NCBI GenBank assembly: GCA_947503775.1
Contig: CANNFE010000012.1
Coordinates: 18,737 to 82,736 of the forward strand
Reading direction: 5' to 3'
From: an uncultured Rhodobacteraceae bacterium
GTDB lineage: Bacteria > Pseudomonadota > Alphaproteobacteria > Rhodobacterales > Rhodobacteraceae
Length of the DNA: 64,000 nt
Shown here: positions 19,552 to 28,206 of the stretch, piece by piece
Numbering within the stretch: position 1 is the first letter of the stretch
Layout of the letters: the number at the start of each line of letters is the position of its first letter
Notes under the pieces: generated by a model
Databases searched by the model: none
What the model saw: only the letters and a program-made list of their open reading frames with translations
Told to the model about the DNA's origin: nothing
Program-made: the position numbers and the translations under genes

Positions 19552-19944
19552 TCAGGCTTCTGCGCCGGTCTTGGGCGATTTGGGCTTGTAGTTGGCGACC
19601 TCTGCGATCCGTGCGGACTTCCCGCGACGCGAGCGGAGGTAGTACAGCTTGGCGCGGCGAACCCGGCCCCGACGCACCACGGTGATGCTGTCGATATTGG
19701 TCGAGTGTAGTGGGAAAACCCGCTCGACGCCTTCACCAAAGGAAATCTTGCGGACGGTGAACGATCCGGCAATGCCTTCGCCGTTCTTGCGGCTGATGCA
19801 GACGCCTTCGTAGTTCTGCACGCGCGTGCGCGTGCCTTCCGTCACCTTGTAGCCAACGCGGATCGTGTCACCCGCCTTGAAATCTGGAATATCCTTGCCA
19901 AGCTCGGCCACTTGCTCGGCTTCCAGCTGTGCGATCAGGTCCAT
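19552..19944 (-). CDS. rplS: 50S ribosomal protein L19
   Basis: [55 protein letters not shown]... The second ATG (19944) was chosen because GAGGAG lies about 9 nt upstream of it. Confidence 0.95.
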   Translation of the reverse strand: MDLIAQLEAEQVAELGKDIPDFKAGDTIRVGYKVTEGTRTRVQNYEGVCISRKNGEGIAGSFTVRKISFGEGVERVFPLHSTNIDSITVVRRGRVRRAKLYYLRSRRGKSARIAEVANYKPKSPKTGAEA

Positions 19945-19996
19945 CTGACGCATCTCCTCTACTGCCCCCGGTTGGTCCGGAGAGTTTCATGCCGCC

Positions 19997-20785
19997 TCAG
20001 AGCTCTTGGTCTTCGTCGCTGTCCCTACCGGTGTAGGCGCGCCAGAGGTCAGGTCGTCGTTCCTTGGTCAGCCTTTCGGCCTCTGCCCGCCGCCAGTCCG
20101 CGATTTTGGCGTGATGACCGGAGAGAAGAACCTCCGGGATCTCACGCCCATTCCAGACGGCAGGTCTTGTATACTGGGGATGTTCAAGCAGGCCGTCGGA
20201 AAAGCTTTCTTCCTCAAGGCTTGCCTGATTCCCAAGCACGCGGGGTATAAGTCGGACTGTCGCGTCGATCAAGGCCTGTGCTGCGATCTCTCCGCCGGTC
20301 AGAACGAAATCTCCCAACGACACTTCTTTGATGCCGTATTGCTCGATCACACGCTCGTCGACACCCTCGAACCGGCCGCAAAGCAAAGTAACCCCAGGCC
20401 CCAAAGCAAGATCCCGGGCCATGGCCTGGTCAAAGGGTTTGCCGCGCGGGCTCAGGTAGATCAAAGGACCGGGCCGCCTAGTGTCCTCGATCGCTTTCGC
20501 CAGGATATCGGCACGCAGGACCATACCCGCCCCGCCGCCCGCGGGTGTGTCGTCTACATTTCGATGCCGGCCCTCCCCCCAGCGACGCAGATCGACCGCA
20601 TCAAGCTGCCAAAGCCCGTCCTTCAGGGCCTTTCCCGTCAGGCTTTGTCCCAGTACGCCGGGAAAGGCATCTGGCAGCAGCGTCAAAACCGTCGCCTGCC
20701 AGACCCCCGCAAGCGTCTGGTCCCCCGCAATAAGGTCTTGCGGCGTCACAGAAGCTTGGATCGACTTTCGCCCGTGGCTTTTCAT
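19997..20785 (-). CDS. trmD: tRNA (guanine37-N1)-methyltransferase
   Basis: TrmD motifs ([60 protein letters not shown]). The start is ambiguous: ATG at 20785 (MKSHGRK) or ATG at 20824. Confidence 0.9.
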   Translation of the reverse strand: MKSHGRKSIQASVTPQDLIAGDQTLAGVWQATVLTLLPDAFPGVLGQSLTGKALKDGLWQLDAVDLRRWGEGRHRNVDDTPAGGGAGMVLRADILAKAIEDTRRPGPLIYLSPRGKPFDQAMARDLALGPGVTLLCGRFEGVDERVIEQYGIKEVSLGDFVLTGGEIAAQALIDATVRLIPRVLGNQASLEEESFSDGLLEHPQYTRPAVWNGREIPEVLLSGHHAKIADWRRAEAERLTKERRPDLWRAYTGRDSDEDQEL

Positions 20786-20879
20786 GCGGTCTCTTGTGCG
20801 AAGCGGCTGCCCGCTCAGGGGCATTGCGGTGAAGGGAATATGCTTTTGCGGCTTTTAGATCATGTTATGACTGCCCGCT

Positions 20880-21860
20880 ATGCTGATGTCGGATATAGCG
20901 CCCTACAGATCTGCCCTCAGGCAAAGCTGGCAAGCCTTGGTGACGGAGGCTGAACTTGATCCATCCGCCTTCAAACCAAGCGTCTTGTGGCGGCGGATCG
21001 ATCCATGGCGCGTCCGGTTCGTTCTCAAGCTGACGAACAAGACCGGGCCGGATCTGGTCTTCAAGAAGACGTTCAAGCCTGAGGGATCGTCGAACTTCAT
21101 GACCGGCATCAGCGCTCAGGACCGGGTTTCGAACGCCTTGCAGGAGCCAACGACGACACCAAAAATTCTTGCATATTCCGAGAAAGATCAATCTCTTCTT
21201 ATGGATTGCGTACCGGGCGAAACGGCGCATGACGCGCTTTTCAACGCCGGCGGGAGCCCGGCTGAGCAAGCGCGGCTTCTTGGAGCTGCCGGGCAATGGA
21301 TCGGTGCCTTCCATCGCGCTTTCGCGGAGCCGCCGCGCCGATTTCAGGCCCGCCATATCCTCAAACATATGCAAAATCGCTTGGCGGAGTTTGATAAGAC
21401 ATCTCATAAAATCCGCCATCCTGAGCACTACCACCGGGCGCTGACCGCTCTTCTCAAGACCGGAGCGGACGCGGATGGGGCTGAATTGCCGGTTGGGCTG
21501 AACCACGGGGATCTGCACTCCAAGAACATCATCATCGGGGCGGATCGGGTTTCGGGAATCGACTTTCGGAACAACCATACGGCCCCTGCCTGCTACGATC
21601 TCGGGCGGTTCCTTGTGGACGGGGTGGTGCGGACAGTGGGGCCCTCCTCGACCGGGAAAACGTTTCTTGATCCGGAGCTGTCAGCGGCGTTCTGGGAGGG
21701 GTACGGCGTTGATCTTGCGGACAATTCAGCCATGAACCTGATGATCAAGGTCCGGCTTTTGGAGGACTGGATCGCGATACCGGACGGGCGTCTCAACCGA
21801 ATGCAGCGCAGGCGGTTCGACAATATTCTGGCCATCTCGGGCGGGTTGCTTTCGGACTAA
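20880..21860 (+). CDS. aminoglycoside phosphotransferase (APH)/choline-kinase-like protein kinase-fold family protein
   Basis: 326 aa. Catalytic-loop-like LNHGDLHSKNIII followed by VSGIDFRN (Brenner HxDxxxxN plus a DF motif). Opposite strand to the flanking trmD and rimM. Its TAA overlaps the rimM stop (CTAA). Confidence 0.7.
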   Translation: MLMSDIAPYRSALRQSWQALVTEAELDPSAFKPSVLWRRIDPWRVRFVLKLTNKTGPDLVFKKTFKPEGSSNFMTGISAQDRVSNALQEPTTTPKILAYSEKDQSLLMDCVPGETAHDALFNAGGSPAEQARLLGAAGQWIGAFHRAFAEPPRRFQARHILKHMQNRLAEFDKTSHKIRHPEHYHRALTALLKTGADADGAELPVGLNHGDLHSKNIIIGADRVSGIDFRNNHTAPACYDLGRFLVDGVVRTVGPSSTGKTFLDPELSAAFWEGYGVDLADNSAMNLMIKVRLLEDWIAIPDGRLNRMQRRRFDNILAISGGLLSD

Positions 21861-22363
21861 AGCAGGCCGTCCGGCGGATCGGCAACAAGGCGGCCTGTCT
21901 CAAGATCAACGGTCGGTATCGTTGCTTTGGTAAAGGGCAAGAGCACGGTCGCGGGTTCGTCGGGAAGGCGAACCTCAAGCAGATCGCTGGCCCCGTGGTT
22001 CTGGACGCTGCGGACGGTTCCGATCAACTCTCCGCCCGTGTCGAAAACCGATAAGCCGATGAGATCGCTGTAGTAATATTCATCGTCCTCCGCTGGGGGC
22101 AGGCGATCGCGCGGCGCAAAAAGCTCCGCTCCCTTCAGGGCGTCGGCCTCTTCCTTGGTGGTAATCCCGTCGATCCGGGCGGTCAGGGCGTTCTTGGTGC
22201 GCCCGGTCAGGACGATCTGCGCGAAGACGCGCCCGTCCTTGGTTTCAAGCGGCGCATAATCGGCGATCGTCTCGGGGTCGGCGCAAAAGCTTTTGAGCCG
22301 CACGTCGCCCTGCACGCCGAAGGATCCGGCGATAGCCCCAAGGAGAACCTTATCCGTCGTCAC
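21857..22363 (-). CDS. rimM: ribosome maturation factor RimM
   Basis: 168 aa. Has LLGAIAGSFGVQGDVRLKSF...PRDRLP..EDDEYYYSDLIGL and a PRC-barrel C-terminus. Confidence 0.9.
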   Translation of the reverse strand: MTTDKVLLGAIAGSFGVQGDVRLKSFCADPETIADYAPLETKDGRVFAQIVLTGRTKNALTARIDGITTKEEADALKGAELFAPRDRLPPAEDDEYYYSDLIGLSVFDTGGELIGTVRSVQNHGASDLLEVRLPDEPATVLLPFTKATIPTVDLETGRLVADPPDGLL

Positions 22364-22482
22364 AGGCGCATTTCCCCTTCGACATCCGGCATTTCCGCCG
22401 ATGCCGCAGCATATCGACCCAAGGAGATATCGTCCCGGACCTCAATCGCAGCATCGGCGAAAAGCCAAACCATGACAGAGAG

Positions 22483-22896
22483 TTACTCTGCCTTTTCTTC
22501 TTCTGCGGCCGCCTCTTCCGCAGGCTCTTCGGCCGGGGCGTTGGCAGCTTCTTCAGCCGCGGCCTTCTTGGCGGCTTTTTCTTCGGCACGCTCCTGCGCT
22601 TTCTTTCCAGGCTCGCCCTTCTTGAGGTTGGCGCGCTCTTTCTTCTCGAGAATACCGGCAGCTTCCAGCATGCGGCTGACGCGGTCGGTCGGCTGGGCGC
22701 CCTGGTCCATCCAGTGCTTGACCCGGTCGAGGTCCATCTTCACGCGCTCTTCGCTGTCCTTGGGCAGGAGCGGATTATAGGTGCCCAGTTTCTCGATATA
22801 GCGGCCGTCGCGCGGCATGCGGCTGTCGGCAGCGACAATGCGGTAAAACGGGCGTTTCTTGGAGCCTCCACGAGCGAGGCGGATCTTCATGGCCAT
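22483..22896 (-). CDS. rpsP: 30S ribosomal protein S16 with Ala/Glu/Lys-rich C-terminal extension
   Basis: [49 protein letters not shown]... followed by a low-complexity tail. Confidence 0.95.
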   Translation of the reverse strand: MAMKIRLARGGSKKRPFYRIVAADSRMPRDGRYIEKLGTYNPLLPKDSEERVKMDLDRVKHWMDQGAQPTDRVSRMLEAAGILEKKERANLKKGEPGKKAQERAEEKAAKKAAAEEAANAPAEEPAEEAAAEEEKAE

Positions 22897-22946
22897 TGGT
22901 TGTCCTTTCGTTAATGGCGAGGATGGCAGTGTTGCGCTGCCTTACA

Positions 22947-23246
22947 TCATTGTTTTGATTGATGTTCTTCGTGGTGTTGGATGACTTCCTGGATGATGAA
23001 GGCCAGGAACTTCTTGGCGAAGGCGGGGTCGAGATCCGCGCGCTGGGCGAGGTCCTCGAGGCGGGCGATCTGACGGGCCTCGCGGTCCGGGTCGGACGGA
23101 GGCAAGTCGTTGACAGCCTTGAGTTTTCCGACCGCCTGCGTGTGCTTGAACCGCTCGCCCAGAGTGTAGACGAGGATGGCGTCGAGACGGTCGATGCTGT
23201 CGCGGTGATCCTTTAGGATCTCGGCGGCGCGGGCGCTGTCGGTCAT
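22947..23246 (-). CDS. chorismate mutase (AroQ class, monofunctional)
   Basis: 99 aa: MTDSARAAEILKDHRDSIDRLDAILVYTLGERFKHTQAVGKLK...PSDPDREARQIARLEDLA...FIIQEVIQHH. The remainder of the 288-aa ORF-track entry overlaps the next GNAT gene and was rejected. Confidence 0.8.
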   Translation of the reverse strand: MTDSARAAEILKDHRDSIDRLDAILVYTLGERFKHTQAVGKLKAVNDLPPSDPDREARQIARLEDLAQRADLDPAFAKKFLAFIIQEVIQHHEEHQSKQ

Positions 23247-23271
23247 GGAGAGATCCCCCGATTTGGGCCGT

Positions 23272-23304
23272 CGGCATCCGGGCGGCATCCGGGCGGCATC
23301 CGGG
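23272..23304. repeat. perfect tandem repeat, 11 nt x 3 (CGGCATCCGGG)
   Basis: Read directly: cggcatccggg cggcatccggg cggcatccggg. It lies in the 157-nt spacer between the last GNAT gene and the chorismate mutase gene. Confidence 0.9.
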
Positions 23305-23403
23305 AGGAGGCAAATTCGCGCAAACCGGCCAAATGAGGCTGTTTCGCCGGTCTGGGGCCGATCGAGAGGGCCGAGTATGGCCCGATCCATAAGTCGTGAC
23401 TTA

Positions 23404-23928
23404 TCATGTCGCGAAGCCTCCCGGGCTGTGCCGATAGACGAGATCCTCGTAACCCGGATCCGCCGCGTCCGGATCGTGCGTTGCGCCCAGACGCTCTGCC
23501 GTGCGGATCGAGGCGGTATTTTCGGGATCGATGTAGCTGACGGCCGTCGTCCAACCGAGCGTTTGCCACGCATAGGGGAAGATCGCCGACATCGCTTCGG
23601 TGATATAGCCCTGACCTTCGGCGTCAGCGGACCAGAGGGTCCAACCGAATTCGTGCTCGGGCCAGCCTTCGGGGAACCAGGGGCCCGCACCGCCGATGGC
23701 TCTTCCATCGCGGTCGAGCACGAACGAGCCGAATCCACGCAGCGCCCAGTGGCCCACGAAATGACCGAAAGAGCGCCAGGCCTTGCCGCGGTCGAGATCC
23801 TCCGAGCGGACATAGCGCGAACGGTCGCTGGCCAGGAATGCGGCGAAGGCGTCGAAATCCGAGGCCTGCGGCAGGCGCAGGATCAGACGCTCGGTCCTGA
23901 GCGTAGGGCCGGTGAGGGCGACAGTCAT
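23404..23928 (-). CDS. GNAT family N-acetyltransferase (RimJ/RimL-like), paralog 1
   Basis: 174 aa. N-terminal TERLILRLP motif, EFGWTLW, QGYITEA. The ATGA overlap couples it to the upstream paralog. Confidence 0.85.
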   Translation of the reverse strand: MTVALTGPTLRTERLILRLPQASDFDAFAAFLASDRSRYVRSEDLDRGKAWRSFGHFVGHWALRGFGSFVLDRDGRAIGGAGPWFPEGWPEHEFGWTLWSADAEGQGYITEAMSAIFPYAWQTLGWTTAVSYIDPENTASIRTAERLGATHDPDAADPGYEDLVYRHSPGGFAT

Positions 23929-24443
23929 GAGAGCACCTCAGGAGAGGGGTGCCGGTAGACAACGCAAGGCGAATGGCCCGGCCGGTCAGCGGCGTCGTCG
24001 AGCGTGGCGCCAAGGCGTTTGGCCAGCGCGATGGAGCGGTCGTTCTCGGGCGCGATGTAGCTGACGGCCGTCGTCCAGCCGAGATCCTCGTAGGCCCAGC
24101 GGCGGGCGGCCAGAGCGGCCTCATAGGCGAGGCCCTTGCCTTCATAGGCCGGATCCCAGATGTGCCAGCCAAGCTCTTTCTCGGGCCAGTCATTGGGATA
24201 GTAGGCGCCCGAGATGCCGACGGTCCGGTCCGCCTTCTTGTCGATGACCGAGAAAAGCCCAAAGCCGCGCAGGATCCAATGCCCTGCCATCTTGGCATGG
24301 GCACGCCAGGCCTGCCGCGCGTCCAGCGGACCGCCGACATAGCGGGAGCGCTCGCTGGTCAGAAACGCGATGGCCGCTTCGGTGTCGCGGGCATCGGGTT
24401 TGCGCAGGATCAGGCGCTCGGTTTCGAGGATGAGGGCGGTCAT
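23925..24443 (-). CDS. GNAT family N-acetyltransferase (RimJ/RimL-like), paralog 2
   Basis: MTALILETERLILRKPD...ELGWHIW...GKGLAYEA. ATG at 24441-24443 overlaps the upstream stop (ATGA). Confidence 0.85.
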   Translation of the reverse strand: MTALILETERLILRKPDARDTEAAIAFLTSERSRYVGGPLDARQAWRAHAKMAGHWILRGFGLFSVIDKKADRTVGISGAYYPNDWPEKELGWHIWDPAYEGKGLAYEAALAARRWAYEDLGWTTAVSYIAPENDRSIALAKRLGATLDDAADRPGHSPCVVYRHPSPEVLS

Positions 24444-24937
24444 GCGGGCCTCTCGTGGATCCAGATCTCGCAATCGGCGTCGTGCGTCGCCATTTCGCCG
24501 GTCCAACTGGCGCCGAGCTTTTTCGCGACGGCTTTGGAGGCGCCGTTGTCGCGGTCGATATAGCTGACGATCCGGGGGGCATCGGTCACGGTCCAGCCCC
24601 AATCAAGTGCTGCGCTGGCCGCCTCGGTGGCATAGCCCTTGCCTTGCGCGGCAGGAAAGGTGTTCCACCCGATCTCGATCTCTGCCTGATGGGGTGGGTG
24701 ATGCAAACCGCAGGCACCGACCGCACCTGAGCCGTCGTCGAGCATGAACCAGCCAAAGCCCTTGAGGTCCCAGTGTCCCCGGTCGGCCGCAAAGAGAGAC
24801 CAGGCCTGCTTCGGTTCGTAGGGGCCGCCGGTAAAGCGGGTCGCATCGGACGCGTAAAAGGCGCGATAGGCGGGCCAGTCCTGCATATCGGGCAATCGCA
24901 GGGTCAGGCGCTCGGTTGTGAGGGTGGGCGGTGTCAC
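24440..24937 (-). CDS. GNAT family N-acetyltransferase (RimJ/RimL-like), paralog 3
   Basis: VTPPTLTTERLTLRLPD...EIGWNTF...GKGYATEA. GTG at 24935-24937 overlaps the upstream stop (GTGA), the same geometry as the other junctions. The ORF-track start at 24976 is the alternative. Confidence 0.8.
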   Translation of the reverse strand: MTPPTLTTERLTLRLPDMQDWPAYRAFYASDATRFTGGPYEPKQAWSLFAADRGHWDLKGFGWFMLDDGSGAVGACGLHHPPHQAEIEIGWNTFPAAQGKGYATEAASAALDWGWTVTDAPRIVSYIDRDNGASKAVAKKLGASWTGEMATHDADCEIWIHERPA

Positions 24938-25440
24938 AGCGTGCCCTCCGGTCCGGGATGGAGCCAAGCAGAGCAATCGCGATTGTGGGCGAGGGGGACG
25001 CCATCTGTCGTGGCTCCAAGGCGGCGGGCCACGGCTATCGATGGACTGTTGTCGAAGGCGATATTGCTGCTCAATCTGGTTTCACCCCGGGCGTACCACC
25101 AATCGCGGGCTGCTTTGGCGGCCTCGGTCGCGAACCCCTTGCCCCTTGCCTGCAGGAAAAGAACCCAGCCCAGTTCAGGTTCCAGATGTGAGGGAGGGTA
25201 GTGTATGCCGCAGGTTCCGACGATGCCTGAGCCATCATCCACGGCCCACCATCCATAGCCCCGGACGGGCCAATGGCCGATAAGTGACGTAAAATGCCGC
25301 CACGCCGAGCGCATATCCATCGGCCCGCTCACAAAGACCGACGCATCGCTGGCGGAGAAGTCGGCATAGGGGCCGAAATCGTCGAATTGGAGCGCGCGCA
25401 AGATCAGGCGCTCGGTCTTGAGGGTGGGGATTGAGGTCAT
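24934..25440 (-). CDS. GNAT family N-acetyltransferase (RimJ/RimL-like), paralog 4
   Basis: MTSIPTLKTERLILRAL...ELGWVLF...GKGFATEA. First gene of the four-gene array. Confidence 0.85.
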   Translation of the reverse strand: MTSIPTLKTERLILRALQFDDFGPYADFSASDASVFVSGPMDMRSAWRHFTSLIGHWPVRGYGWWAVDDGSGIVGTCGIHYPPSHLEPELGWVLFLQARGKGFATEAAKAARDWWYARGETRLSSNIAFDNSPSIAVARRLGATTDGVPLAHNRDCSAWLHPGPEGTL

Positions 25441-25452
25441 CGTGCGACGGCA

Positions 25453-25520
25453 CCCCGGACTTGATCCGGGGTCTCTGCCTTTGAAGGCAAGAGGTCCCGG
25501 ATCAAGTCCGGGACGGCGTG
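25453..25520 (-). repeat. REP/MITE-like palindromic intergenic element, copy 1
   Basis: CCCCGGACTTGATCCGGGG-(23 nt, itself imperfectly palindromic)-TCCCGGATCAAGTCCGGGA. Positions 25488-25520 are the exact reverse complement of 52594-52626 (33/33). Confidence 0.85.
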
Positions 25521-25534
25521 GTAGGGCAGGTGTG

Positions 25535-25867
25535 TCACAGGTTCAGCTCGTCCGGTGTGGATCCGTCCATCAGTGGCCGCGTGAAGGAGCGGTCGTATCG
25601 GCGGATGCATTTCGTGCGCTGGGCGTGGGCATAGGCGCGCTGGCAGTCCGCATCCTCCCACATCTTCGCGCGGTAGGCTTCGTAATCGGCGAGGCTGGGG
25701 AACGAGAAGTGACAATAGGCGATGTCGTTCGGCCCCTCATGGGGCAGATGGTAGCCGTGATGGGTCCCGCCCAGCTTGGTGACGAGGTGGATCCACGCTT
25801 TCGCATAGGCCTCGAACGCCTCGAGCTGACCGGGGTCGATCTCGTATCGGACGGTGCAGGAGATCAT
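25535..25867 (-). CDS. NIPSNAP family protein
   Basis: 110 aa: MISCTVRYEIDPGQLEAFEAYAKAWIHLVTKLGGTHHGYHLPHEG...SFPSLADYEAYR (dimeric alpha-beta-barrel, NIPSNAP-like). The ATG overlaps the ffh stop (ATGA). Confidence 0.65.
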   Translation of the reverse strand: MISCTVRYEIDPGQLEAFEAYAKAWIHLVTKLGGTHHGYHLPHEGPNDIAYCHFSFPSLADYEAYRAKMWEDADCQRAYAHAQRTKCIRRYDRSFTRPLMDGSTPDELNL

Positions 25868-27360
25868 TTCTTCTTACCGAAGCCCGACAGGCCCGGCGGT
25901 AACGCAGCGCCTCCGCCCAGGCCGGGCATGTTGCCCATGCCGGGGGGCATGCGGCCCTTGAGCGCCTTGGCGGCCTGCTCCATCGCGGCGGGATCGCCCA
26001 TATCGGGCATTCCGCCGCCTTTACCCATCATGCCTTTCATCGCCTGTTTGAGCATGCCGCCCTTGCCCATTTTCTTCATCATGTCGGACATCTGGCGGTG
26101 CATCTTGAGCAGCTGGTTCAGCTCGCGCACCTCGAGGCCCGCGCCGGCGGCGATGCGTTTCTTGCGCGAGGCCTGAAGGATCTGCGGGGCGGCGCGTTCC
26201 TTTTTGGTCATCGACTGGATGAGGGCGATCTGGCGTTTGAGCATCTTGTCGTCGATCCCGGCGCCCTGCGCCTGGGCGGCCATCTTCTTGGCGCCCGGCA
26301 GCATGCCCATCATGCCTTCCATCCCGCCCATCTTGAGCATCTGGTCGAGCTGCATCCGCAGGTCGTTCATGTTAAACTGACCCTTCTGGAAGCGCTTCAT
26401 CATGCGCTCGGCCTGTTCGGCCTCGATCGTTTCCTGCGCCTTTTCGACGAGGCTGACGATGTCGCCCATCCCAAGGATGCGGCCTGCGATGCGGTCCGGC
26501 TCGAACGTCTCGAGCGCGTCCATCTTTTCGCCGAGGCCGACGAAGCGGATCGGCTTGCCGGTGACGGCGCGCATGGAGAGCGCGGCGCCGCCGCGCCCGT
26601 CGCCGTCCATCCGCGTCAGGACAACGCCGGAGATGCCGATGCGGTCGTCGAAGTTCTCGGCGGTGGTGACGGCGTCCTGACCGGTCAGGCCGTCGACGAC
26701 GAGGAGCGTTTCGCGCGGGTTCGCGACGTCGCGGACCGCCTCGACCTGGGTCATGAGCTCTTCGTCGATCGAGAGGCGGCCCGCGGTGTCGAGCATGTAG
26801 ACGTCGTAGCCGCCAAGGGAGGCCTGCGTCTTGGCGCGTTTGGCGATGGCGACGGGATCTTCGCCCTTGACGATGGGCAGCGTGTCGACGCCGATCTGTA
26901 CGCCGAGGATCTGAAGCTGCTCCATCGCGGCAGGGCGATTCACGTCGAGCGAGGCCATGAGGACCCGCTTGCCCTCGCGGTCGGTCAGCCGCTTGGCGAG
27001 CTTGGCGGTCGTCGTCGTCTTGCCGCCGCCCTGCAGGCCGACCATCAGGATCGGGGCGGGCGGGTTGTCGATCTTGAGCGTTCCCGGATCGCCTTCGCCG
27101 GTGAGCGTCGCGACAAGCTCGTCATGGACGATCTTGACGACCTGCTGGCCCGGGGTGACGGATTTGGTGACGGCCTGGCCGGTCGCCTTGTCCTGCACGC
27201 GGCCGACGAAATCGCGGGCGACGGGCAGCGAGACATCCGCCTCGAGCAGGGCGACGCGGACCTCGCGCAGGGCTGTCTTGACGTCGTCTTCGGAGAGGGC
27301 GCCCTGCTTGGTCAGACGCTCGAAGACGCCGCCGAGGCGTTCGGAGAGATTTTCGAACAT
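25864..27360 (-). CDS. ffh: signal recognition particle protein Ffh
   Basis: 498 aa. Has an N domain, a G domain (GLQGGGKTTT, DTAGR, TRMDGD) and a Met-rich M domain. Confidence 0.97.
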   Translation of the reverse strand: MFENLSERLGGVFERLTKQGALSEDDVKTALREVRVALLEADVSLPVARDFVGRVQDKATGQAVTKSVTPGQQVVKIVHDELVATLTGEGDPGTLKIDNPPAPILMVGLQGGGKTTTTAKLAKRLTDREGKRVLMASLDVNRPAAMEQLQILGVQIGVDTLPIVKGEDPVAIAKRAKTQASLGGYDVYMLDTAGRLSIDEELMTQVEAVRDVANPRETLLVVDGLTGQDAVTTAENFDDRIGISGVVLTRMDGDGRGGAALSMRAVTGKPIRFVGLGEKMDALETFEPDRIAGRILGMGDIVSLVEKAQETIEAEQAERMMKRFQKGQFNMNDLRMQLDQMLKMGGMEGMMGMLPGAKKMAAQAQGAGIDDKMLKRQIALIQSMTKKERAAPQILQASRKKRIAAGAGLEVRELNQLLKMHRQMSDMMKKMGKGGMLKQAMKGMMGKGGGMPDMGDPAAMEQAAKALKGRMPPGMGNMPGLGGGAALPPGLSGFGKKK

Positions 27361-27459
27361 ATGCGCGCTCCTTCAAGCGGTGACGGGTGCCCAGCATATA
27401 GGATGCGGGGCGCGAATGCAGTAGCGCCCCCGTGGGCGAAACTCGCTGACGGGGGGCGA

Positions 27460-27478
27460 TCCCGGATCCGGTCCGGGA
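27460..27478. repeat. single hairpin related to the REP-like arm
   Basis: TCCCGGATCCGGTCCGGGA: 7-bp stem TCCCGGA/TCCGGGA. It differs from the arm TCCCGGATCAAGTCCGGGA only in the loop. About 100 nt upstream of the ffh start. Confidence 0.5.
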
Positions 27479-27573
27479 CCGGAGATGATGCTTCTCCGGA
27501 TGGGCGGCGGATACGAGCTTTGTGCGGACGAGTCAACCGGAGCGCGCCTTGATCGACGTGGGATCGGCGCGGT

Positions 27574-28068
27574 CTATCCTGTCCGGTCGGCCGCAAGCCA
27601 TGTCGAGATCGCTTTCGCGGCGACATGGGTGCCTTTGCCGGAGCTCAGATGGGAGGTGAGCGCAAGCCTTTTTCCATCCTGGGCAAGGAGCCGCACCCGG
27701 TAGACCAGCCCCGTTCCGTCGGAATCCAGCCGCTCTTCGATCTCTGCGTCTTCGATATCGTCCAAGGGACGGCTGTCAATCGTTCTGCTGACAAGAGAGT
27801 GACGGATGATTGTCACGATGTTGCTTTGACGGTCGAACGTAACGCTCAACTTTTGCAGCAGGGCCAGTGCCACGATCGAACCGCTCCCGACGATGACCAC
27901 TGCGGCAAGACCGGCCAATCGGTGGATCGAGAAGGTCGGGCCTTCGAGGCGTATGGCGATGATCGTCACGACGACGGACAGGATGAGACCGCCCAGAAGG
28001 AAGGCTGCGGCGACCCACGGTTTGTCCTCGAGCTCGAGCCGGTCGGATGTCTGGTGGATCACCTTCAT
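27574..28068 (-). CDS. hypothetical membrane protein (2 TM + soluble beta-rich domain), paralog A
   Basis: 164 aa: MKVIHQTSDRLELEDKPWVAAAFLLGGLILSVVVTIIAI... then VTFDRQSNIVTIIRHSL...YRVRLLAQDGKRLAL. Shares its architecture with the next gene. Confidence 0.55.
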   Translation of the reverse strand: MKVIHQTSDRLELEDKPWVAAAFLLGGLILSVVVTIIAIRLEGPTFSIHRLAGLAAVVIVGSGSIVALALLQKLSVTFDRQSNIVTIIRHSLVSRTIDSRPLDDIEDAEIEERLDSDGTGLVYRVRLLAQDGKRLALTSHLSSGKGTHVAAKAISTWLAADRTG

Positions 28069-28206
28069 GTCTCGATCATGCTCTGCCGGGATGACGAAAT
28101 CATGTCGTCACCCCGACAGCGCCATAATTGCCATATCGTCGACCTGGTGCAGAAGCTGGAGACTTCGCAGGTCATGATAGCGCAGATCCGGTCAAGGATA
28201 AGGATG

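Noticed and set aside
23404-25440. The GNAT array as GNAT-toxin/antitoxin modules (TacT/AtaT-like).
   Set aside because: No small RHH or DUF1778-type antitoxin ORFs lie between or beside the genes. The proteins carry the RimJ/RimL-type TERLxLR N-terminus rather than toxin-type features.
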